NCBI GenBank assembly: GCA_900314865.1
Contig: OMWW01000002.1
Location: forward strand, 66,136 to 130,135
Length of the DNA stretch: 64,000 nucleotides
DNA from: an uncultured Erysipelotrichaceae bacterium
Lineage (GTDB): Bacteria; Bacillota_I; Bacilli_A; RFN20; CAG-826
Reading direction: 5' to 3'
Shown: piece by piece, positions 57,316 through 64,000 of the stretch
Layout: the number at the start of each line of letters is the position of its first letter
Numbering within the stretch: position 1 is the stretch's first letter
Program-made: the position numbers and the translations under genes
The notes under the pieces: generated by a model
The model's database searches: none
The model's input: the letters and a program-made list of their open reading frames with translations, nothing else
What the model was told of the DNA's origin: nothing

Positions 57316-58770
57316 CTAAGGATTAACTTCTTTATTGATTGGATTTCTTCTAACCTTTGTCCATTTTGGTTTGGAGAATACTCCAATAGTAATGGTAATA
57401 ACATAGATGATTGAGAAGAATGGAAATAAGATAACTCCACTAATGAGATCACGTTTACGTTTAGCGCCCATCTTCTTATAGTCACTAAATACCATAAGTA
57501 CGCCTTGAAGAATGCCACAGAAGGCGAATAGAACGCCAATACAGAATAGGATAACGTAAGCGTATGTTACGCACCATTGATTAGGTGTATAGACAGGGAA
57601 CATGCCTGCAATCGGTTCGTATCCTTTTCCAGCCGCTAAGTTACCAGCAATAATTTCTGCTGGTCCCATATGTCCCATGAAGTGATAAATATAGGCGTAA
57701 ATATAATAACCTGGTAACCATAAGCAAAGGATTGGACAAATAGGAATAAACAAATAATTTAAGAAAGCTTCAATATAAGAAGGATTATGGTTTTTAATTG
57801 AATAGAAGAACATTTTAGGAGCGTATCTTCCAAGCATTCTAACATTACCAGCACCAAGTCTTTTATTTCTTGCAAGGGTGTCTTTCATAGTGGATGGAAG
57901 GTCTTCATAAACTACAGCGTCTTCAACGAAATGTGGTTTAATTTTTTCAAACATTCTCTTGAAGTTAAATTCTGTATCTTCACACATTGTAACGGTGTCG
58001 TAGCCACCAATACGGCGTATAATATCCATCTCAATTAAACTTCCTGGGCCATTAACGTGAGCGTCAATATGTAATCTTTCTCTAACACGTGATCCACATC
58101 TACTATCAAAGATGTAGTATAAGCCACAAGCTTTAGTGTAAGCGCTTTGAGTCATGTTAAGAGCACTTTCATAAGGACGGGCAATTTTCGCTCCATTATT
58201 ATAAGCATCATTCATTAAAGAGAAGAATTCAGGATTAATGTGATTATCCGCGTCTAATCTAATAATAAAGTCATAATATTTATTACATTTAACTGTTTCT
58301 GGTTTTTGACCTTTCTTTACCCTCTTCCAAGGTCTAAGAATATATTCGCCAGGTGCACCTTTTTCAGAATCAATTTTCAATAATTCCTTAAATCCATATT
58401 CAAGCGCAAAACCCACCATATGGTGTCTTGGGTCTGGATCGGTGTGGACAAATACTGTCGCACCAGCTTTCTTTGCTAATTCTTCAGTTTTATCATTACA
58501 GTTATCAGCGATAACATAGACATCAAACATATCGCGTGGATATTTTTGATTCTCGATGACATCTTTAACTGTGTCATAAATGACATCTTCTTCATTATGA
58601 GCTGGGATAACTAAGGCAATGCGATTAATCTTTTCTGTTTTCTTAAATTTCTTTTTTGGAAGCCAGAATAAAAGCATGTAAATCATTTGCAAAGCAAATG
58701 GAATACCAATGAAAATCAATATACCAACATTAATTTGAGTTAAATAATAATATACCCAATCGTACCACAT
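57316..58770 (-). CDS. Membrane-embedded family 2 glycosyltransferase (processive/synthase-type).
   Basis: N-terminal TM helices, VIPAHNEEDVI, RLDADN (DxD) and a C-terminal TM bundle. Confidence 0.7.
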   Translation of the reverse strand: MWYDWVYYYLTQINVGILIFIGIPFALQMIYMLLFWLPKKKFKKTEKINRIALVIPAHNEEDVIYDTVKDVIENQKYPRDMFDVYVIADNCNDKTEELAKKAGATVFVHTDPDPRHHMVGFALEYGFKELLKIDSEKGAPGEYILRPWKRVKKGQKPETVKCNKYYDFIIRLDADNHINPEFFSLMNDAYNNGAKIARPYESALNMTQSAYTKACGLYYIFDSRCGSRVRERLHIDAHVNGPGSLIEMDIIRRIGGYDTVTMCEDTEFNFKRMFEKIKPHFVEDAVVYEDLPSTMKDTLARNKRLGAGNVRMLGRYAPKMFFYSIKNHNPSYIEAFLNYLFIPICPILCLWLPGYYIYAYIYHFMGHMGPAEIIAGNLAAGKGYEPIAGMFPVYTPNQWCVTYAYVILFCIGVLFAFCGILQGVLMVFSDYKKMGAKRKRDLISGVILFPFFSIIYVITITIGVFSKPKWTKVRRNPINKEVNP

Positions 58771-58808
58771 AGAGTTTTAACACCTCTCTTTATAAGTCTA
58801 CAAAAATA

Positions 58809-59477
58809 TTAAGATATAGTCATGGAAATCTTTTTATCTAAATAATCCGCTAAATCATCAACACCAATGTCTTTAAGCGCGCTAACCCGAAATACTTTTG
58901 CATTCGGATTTCTTTTAAGAATATACTCTTTACATTTATCAAAATCAAAATCAAAAACAGGAAGAGTGTCGATTTTTGTTATTACCGCAATCTCGCTTAC
59001 CTCAAACATAAGTGGATATTTGAGTGGTTTGTCTTCCCCTTCTGGAACCGATAAAAGCATCATATTTAAGTTACTGCCAGTATCAAATTCTGCCGGACAA
59101 ACTAAGTTTCCGATATTCTCCAAAATCACCACATCTAAATCGGTTAAATCAAAGGACTTAAAAGCATCGTTTACCATCTGAGCAGTTAAGTGACACGCTC
59201 CGGAAGTATGAACTTGAATTGAGCGGGTTTCTGTCGTGTTAACGATTGTTTTTGCGTCTTCTTCTCCATCAATATCAGCCTCTAAAACACCAATACGATA
59301 TTTCTTCTTAAGACGATTGATAAGGTTAACTAAAAGAGTAGTCTTTCCTGCTCCTGGAGAAGCCATAACATTAATAAAATAAATATTCTTGGATTTTAAA
59401 AAATCTCGAACATCTTGAGCTTTCTTGTTATTTTCAACCAAAATATCTTCTTTAACTTTGACAACACGATAGTCCAT
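58809..59477 (-). CDS. hypB: Hydrogenase/urease nickel-incorporation GTPase HypB (G3E family), paralog 1.
   Basis: SPGAGKTT Walker A, SGACH metal-site motif and ENIGNLVCPAEFDTG. Confidence 0.8.
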   Translation of the reverse strand: MDYRVVKVKEDILVENNKKAQDVRDFLKSKNIYFINVMASPGAGKTTLLVNLINRLKKKYRIGVLEADIDGEEDAKTIVNTTETRSIQVHTSGACHLTAQMVNDAFKSFDLTDLDVVILENIGNLVCPAEFDTGSNLNMMLLSVPEGEDKPLKYPLMFEVSEIAVITKIDTLPVFDFDFDKCKEYILKRNPNAKVFRVSALKDIGVDDLADYLDKKISMTIS

Positions 59478-59579
59478 AGTCGTAAATATTGTAACATATC
59501 ATCGAGTATAATAAACCTAGAGTAAAATAAAAGTTCACAAAATTTCCATATTAGAATAATATAGAAATACAGATATTTT

Positions 59580-60254
59580 ATGGGTGAAGTCAAAATAATC
59601 GCTGTAAATCGTTCCGCTTACGCTGATAATGATCTCGAAGCAGAAGCTTTAAGAGGTTATTTAAAAGACAAAGGGACTTTTTTAGTGAATGTAATGTCTT
59701 CTCCAGGTGCGGGAAAGACCACCACTCTTACAAAATTAATAAATTTATTAAAAAATGAATTAAGGATTGGAGTGATGGAAGCAGATATAGATAGTGATGT
59801 TGATGCGTTGTCTATCGCTAAGAATACCGGAGTTAGATCAATTCAGATTCATACCTCTGGAATGTGCCATCTCGATGCCGGAATGACTAAGTCGGGATTA
59901 GATGAAATTGATATAAGCGATTTAGACCTCGTCTTCCTAGAAAACGTTGGTAATCTAGTCTGTCCTGCTGAATTTGATACAGGAGCGTCTATGGATATGG
60001 TAATCCTATCAATTCCAGAAGGAGACGATAAGCCGTTAAAGTATCCACTCATCTTTGAAAAGTGCGACCTCGTACTAATCAACAAAATTGATACAATTGA
60101 TTACTTCGATTTCAACTTTGAAAGATGTGAAAAAGATATTAGGTGGAGAAATAAAAACGCCACCATTATTAAAATAAGTGCGAAAACAGGTGAAGGCATT
60201 GAGGATGTCAAAACCTATTTCATAAATAAAATTCAAAACTGGAGGAAAGAATAA
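59580..60254 (+). CDS. hypB: HypB GTPase, paralog 2. It is the first gene of the hypB-X-hypA operon.
   Basis: SPGAGKTT, SGMCH, ENVGNLVCPAEFDTG. About half of its residues are identical to the divergently transcribed paralog. Confidence 0.8.
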   Translation: MGEVKIIAVNRSAYADNDLEAEALRGYLKDKGTFLVNVMSSPGAGKTTTLTKLINLLKNELRIGVMEADIDSDVDALSIAKNTGVRSIQIHTSGMCHLDAGMTKSGLDEIDISDLDLVFLENVGNLVCPAEFDTGASMDMVILSIPEGDDKPLKYPLIFEKCDLVLINKIDTIDYFDFNFERCEKDIRWRNKNATIIKISAKTGEGIEDVKTYFINKIQNWRKE

Positions 60255-60255
60255 T

Positions 60256-63150
60256 ATGCCAGAGAAAAACACAAAGATTGTCTCAAAGTACGAAGGAGAA
60301 AAAGGCTACAGTTATGAGCAAAAACTCATCAAGCTTTGTAGAAAAATCACAGACGTTGTTCCACATAAGTTAATAGGAATGACAACAGAAGATCCAGAAT
60401 ACTGGGGATTAAGAGAAGTCTTAACTGAACCGATGATTGACGTTCTTTTAAAGATGAAACAAAGAAAACACTATCTCTTTGAAGATTTAGTGAAAATAAA
60501 CAAAGAGCTCAATCCTGCCGAACTACAAAAATTACTCGATGAAATGTCAGTTATCGGTATTATTGAATACGATTATGGTGATAACTATGCTTGGGATCAT
60601 CCTCTTGAGGACAAACCAAAAGTGAAGAGATATATGCTCTCTTACTTTGTTCCAGGAAGTGCAGAGCTTATGAACTCCTCGGTTGATCGTATTGCAAAGA
60701 ATCCTGCGGTTGCCTCTTTCTTTGAAAGAATGACATTTATTCCTCTAGCAGGTGTTACAGAAATGCTTCCTCCTGGAGGTGGCGGTGTTGGTATGCACGT
60801 CATTCCTGTAGAAAAAGCTATTGAAAGCGAACAAACATCCATCGATGTCGAGCATATCTCCCACTGGATGAAAAAATATGAAGGTCATATCTCTGCTGGT
60901 ATTTGTTCTTGTAGAGCAAGTAGAACAATGTTAGGAGATGGCTGTATCGACGATGTCGATGATTGGTGTATCCAATTCGGTGATATGGCAGACTACACAG
61001 TCGAAACTGGTAGAGCCCACTACATCACTAAAGAAAGAGCGTTAGAAATTTTTGAATTATCTGAAAAGAACGGCTTTGTTCACCAAATCACCAATATCGA
61101 TGGTGAAAACAAAATCTTTGATATTTGTAACTGTGACGTCAAGATTTGTAACGCCTTAAGAACAGCATTATTATTCAACACTCCATATCTAGAAAGAAGT
61201 GCGTATACTGCAAAAGTTAATCCAACCAACTGTGTTGCGTGTGGTCAATGTGTTACAAATTGTCCTGCAGGCGCTGTTAAACTTGGTCAAAAACTTTGTA
61301 AGAAAGATGGAAGTGAACAAAAATATCCTGAAGCACCACTCCCAGACAAAATTAAATGGGGCAAATATGCTTGGGACGAAAATTATAGAGACACAATGAG
61401 AAAACACGATACCTACGAAACAGGTACCGCTCCTTGTAAAGTTGCTTGTCCAGCTCACGTACCAGTTCAAGGCTATCTTAAGATGGCAAATGAAGGAAGA
61501 TACAGAGAAGCTCTTGCATTAATCAAAACACAAAATCCATTCCCTGCTGTTTGTGGTCGTGTTTGTAACAAGAAATGTGAAGAAGCATGTACTAGAGGTG
61601 ATGTTGATCGCCCAGTCTCTATTGACGCAGTTAAAAAATTCCTCGCTGATTTAGAAAGAAATTCTAAAGATAGATATATTCCAGAAAAGATCGTTGCATC
61701 AGTGCATGGAAAATTTGATGAAAAGATCGCTATTATCGGTGCTGGTCCAGCTGGTTTAAGTGCAGCCTATTACTTATGTGAAATGGGCTTCAAACCTACC
61801 GTCTTTGAAAAAGAAAAAAAACCAGGCGGTATGATGATGTATGGAATTCCAAGTTATAAACTTGAAAAAGATGTTATTGAATCGGAAATCGATATTATTA
61901 GAGCTTTAGGCGCAGAAATCAAATGTGGCGTTGAAGTTGGTAAGGATGTCACTATTGAAGAACTCAAAAAACAAGGATATAAAGCTTTCTATGTTGCTAT
62001 TGGCTGCCAAGGCGGAAAACGCCCGGGCGTTCCAAATGACAACGCTAAAGGAACAGACATCGCTGTAAATTACTTAAAGAGTGTCTTTGATAAGAAAGAA
62101 GACTTCAAAGGTGATGTTGTCGTCGTTGGTGGCGGTAACGTTGCTATTGACTGTGTGAGAACCGCTCATAGATTAAAGGCTAAATCCGTCTCTATGTTCT
62201 GTTTAGAAGATAAAGACCATATGCCTGCTACAAACGAAGAAGTAAAAGAAGCTCTTGAAGAAGATATCACCATTAATAATGGTTGGGGTCCAAAAGAAGT
62301 TAAGGTTAACGACAAAGGTGAAGTTACTGGTATCGTCTTTAAAAAATGTGTTTCCGTCTTTGATGAAGCTGGAAAATTCAATCCTAAATATGATGAAAAC
62401 GAAGTCTTAGAAGTCAAAGCTGATAAGATTATCTTCGCTATCGGACAAGATATCGTTTGGGGTGACTTACTTAAAGGTAGTAAAGTTACTTTCTGGCATG
62501 GAAATTATCCACTTGCGGATAAAGTCACATATCAAACCGCTGATGAAGATATCTTCGTTGGTGGCGACGTCTTCACTGGTCCTAAGTTCGTTATTAATGC
62601 GATTGCAGCAGGACATGAAGTTGCTGACGCCTTAGCAAGACACGTTAGACCAAACGCTCACCCAACTATCGCCTTTAACCATCGTGGATTTACACCTCTT
62701 AACAAGGAAGATATCACACTTCCTGGTTATGATGACGCAGGTAGACAAGAAGAAAAGATGGATGAATCCATTGACCATAAGAATTCATTTAAGGACGCTC
62801 ACGGAACATTAACTGAAGAACAAGTTAAGATTGAAACTGGACGTTGCTTAAGTTGTGGTGCTGCTCACGTTGATCCTCATAAGTGTATCGGCTGTGGTAT
62901 TTGTACAACAAAGTGTCATTTCGACGCCATCCACTTAGTAAGAGATCATCCAGAATGTTCTAAGATGAGAAGAGCAGAAAAGAAAGTCTCTGGCTTACTT
63001 GGTTACGCTCTTAAACGTGAATTCAAGATTCTCTTCCATTCTTGTAGTAAAGAAGCACGCGTAATGAGAAAGAAACGTAAAGCGTGGAATAAATACTACA
63101 AAGAAGCAAAGAAAACCGCTCCAAATACAGGAAACGCAGTCGATGCATGA
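60256..63150 (+). CDS. Large YgfK-like flavo-iron-sulfur oxidoreductase with a GltD-like FAD/NAD(P) domain, [4Fe-4S] clusters and an N-terminal domain of unknown function.
   Basis: GltD N-terminal signature (CPAHVPVQGYLKMANEGRYREALALIKTQNPFPAVCGRVCNKKCEEACTR). FAD motif IAIIGAGPAGL and second Rossmann motif VVVGGGNVAIDC. Ferredoxin motifs CVACGQCVTNCP and CLSCG...CIGCGICTTKC. The start is 2 nt after the hypB stop and the end overlaps hypA by 8 nt. Confidence 0.6.
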   Translation: MPEKNTKIVSKYEGEKGYSYEQKLIKLCRKITDVVPHKLIGMTTEDPEYWGLREVLTEPMIDVLLKMKQRKHYLFEDLVKINKELNPAELQKLLDEMSVIGIIEYDYGDNYAWDHPLEDKPKVKRYMLSYFVPGSAELMNSSVDRIAKNPAVASFFERMTFIPLAGVTEMLPPGGGGVGMHVIPVEKAIESEQTSIDVEHISHWMKKYEGHISAGICSCRASRTMLGDGCIDDVDDWCIQFGDMADYTVETGRAHYITKERALEIFELSEKNGFVHQITNIDGENKIFDICNCDVKICNALRTALLFNTPYLERSAYTAKVNPTNCVACGQCVTNCPAGAVKLGQKLCKKDGSEQKYPEAPLPDKIKWGKYAWDENYRDTMRKHDTYETGTAPCKVACPAHVPVQGYLKMANEGRYREALALIKTQNPFPAVCGRVCNKKCEEACTRGDVDRPVSIDAVKKFLADLERNSKDRYIPEKIVASVHGKFDEKIAIIGAGPAGLSAAYYLCEMGFKPTVFEKEKKPGGMMMYGIPSYKLEKDVIESEIDIIRALGAEIKCGVEVGKDVTIEELKKQGYKAFYVAIGCQGGKRPGVPNDNAKGTDIAVNYLKSVFDKKEDFKGDVVVVGGGNVAIDCVRTAHRLKAKSVSMFCLEDKDHMPATNEEVKEALEEDITINNGWGPKEVKVNDKGEVTGIVFKKCVSVFDEAGKFNPKYDENEVLEVKADKIIFAIGQDIVWGDLLKGSKVTFWHGNYPLADKVTYQTADEDIFVGGDVFTGPKFVINAIAAGHEVADALARHVRPNAHPTIAFNHRGFTPLNKEDITLPGYDDAGRQEEKMDESIDHKNSFKDAHGTLTEEQVKIETGRCLSCGAAHVDPHKCIGCGICTTKCHFDAIHLVRDHPECSKMRRAEKKVSGLLGYALKREFKILFHSCSKEARVMRKKRKAWNKYYKEAKKTAPNTGNAVDA

Positions 63151-63487
63151 GTTAGGGATTGTCGTTCACGTAATTAAACAAATCGAAGATTTAGCAGCTA
63201 AGCAACAAGTTAAAGAAGTTGTTGAACTCACCTTAGAAGTTGGAGAAGTTTCTGGAGTAGTTAAAGAATATTTCTACGACGCCTTTGAATGGGCGAAGAA
63301 ACGTACTGAATATATGAAGAATTGTAAACTCAATCTCATCATTATTCAGGGAATCACTTATTGTGAGAGCTGCGGAAAAACTTATTCCACAACTGAGTAT
63401 GGGAAAGAATGTCCATATTGTCATTCGACAAAAACCTATTTAGTTACTGGAAAAGACGTGATGATTAAAAACGTCAAAGTAATATAA
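63143..63487 (+). CDS. hypA: Hydrogenase nickel-incorporation protein HypA.
   Basis: MHELGIV... (N-terminal MHE Ni-binding motif) and a C-terminal zinc site CESCG...CPYCHS. 114 aa. Confidence 0.85.
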   Translation: MHELGIVVHVIKQIEDLAAKQQVKEVVELTLEVGEVSGVVKEYFYDAFEWAKKRTEYMKNCKLNLIIIQGITYCESCGKTYSTTEYGKECPYCHSTKTYLVTGKDVMIKNVKVI

Positions 63488-63502
63488 AAAATAAGGAACC
63501 GA

Positions 63503-64000
63503 TTATTTTTTATTCGGTTCCTTTTCATCATATTCATCTAAGAAAGAATGAAGCTCTCCATATTTTCGATATCCTAAAATCATATCAAGGGTCACATTAC
63601 TTGCAGATTTAAAGATGTTTTGTTCTACTTGTGGGATTTCTTTTTTAAGTGATTTAATAAGGTTCTTTGTGTATAAACGCATACTTTTTGATTCATCTTC
63701 ACTTGCGGCTTCAGAGAATTTACAAGCACATTGGATGAATTCTAAGTTATGGTGTTTACTCCAGGCGATGATATCTTTTTCTCTTACAAAATACATAGGT
63801 CTAATAAGTTCCATCCCTTCAAAGTTGGTGCTATGGAGTTTTGGTAACATTGTTTGGAAAGAACCACTGTTGAGCATGTTCATTAAGGTTGTTTCAATAA
63901 CGTCGTCATAATGATGACCTAACGCTATTTTGTTACATCCTAATTGTTTGGCAGCGGTATATAAGGCACCTCTTCGCATTCTTGCGCACATGAAACATGG
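63503..64000 (-). CDS. ttcA: TtcA-family PP-loop ATPase (tRNA 2-thiocytidine synthase-like). The 5' end lies outside the window.
   Basis: ...PCFMCARMRRGALY...GHHYDDVIETTLMNMLNSGSFQTMLP matches TtcA conserved blocks. The ORF is open to the window edge. Confidence 0.65.
   Translation of the reverse strand, partial: PCFMCARMRRGALYTAAKQLGCNKIALGHHYDDVIETTLMNMLNSGSFQTMLPKLHSTNFEGMELIRPMYFVREKDIIAWSKHHNLEFIQCACKFSEAASEDESKSMRLYTKNLIKSLKKEIPQVEQNIFKSASNVTLDMILGYRKYGELHSFLDEYDEKEPNKK

Noticed and set aside
1-64000. CRISPR arrays, rRNA genes, tRNA genes.
   Set aside because: No regularly spaced direct repeats, no rRNA-like conserved blocks and no cloverleaf-capable segments were found by inspection. 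The only tRNA-like structure is the tmRNA.

Overview
Low-GC (~33%) bacterial chromosome segment read with the standard genetic code, from a Firmicutes/Mollicutes-like anaerobe. The taxonomy is inferred from gene content only.

Conserved backbone:
- degV
- tmRNA (ssrA)
- walJ-like MBL hydrolase and rlmH downstream of dnaB
- the gdpP-rplI-dnaB operon
- the rpsF-ssb-rpsR operon

Accessory and metabolic content:
- a melibiose/galactoside cluster: GPH symporter, alpha-galactosidase-like gene, MFS transporter with a GH2 enzyme, and galK
- rubrerythrin
- two sensor-domain GGDEF cyclases, one preceded by a c-di-GMP-I riboswitch
- a heterodimeric ABC exporter pair immediately downstream of a Nif11-like-leader, Cys-rich peptide gene
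- a yefM-yoeB toxin-antitoxin pair plus an orphan antitoxin
- several secreted or lipoproteins with a hydrophobic C-terminal anchor and a KKKK tail
- a thioredoxin-like [2Fe-2S] ferredoxin / sensory [FeFe] hydrogenase (HydS-PAS) / PP2C phosphatase / catalytic [FeFe] hydrogenase cluster
- an IS1182-family insertion sequence with perfect 26-bp terminal inverted repeats next to rpsR
- a divergent pair of HypB GTPases, one of which heads a tightly coupled hypB / 964-aa YgfK-like flavo-FeS oxidoreductase / hypA operon

Non-coding highlights:
- a recurring GC-rich terminator hairpin family with conserved arms
- a shared tandem direct-repeat promoter motif in front of three exported-protein genes
- a candidate preQ1-type riboswitch before a YhhQ-like transporter gene

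No CRISPR array, rRNA or convincing tRNA gene was seen.
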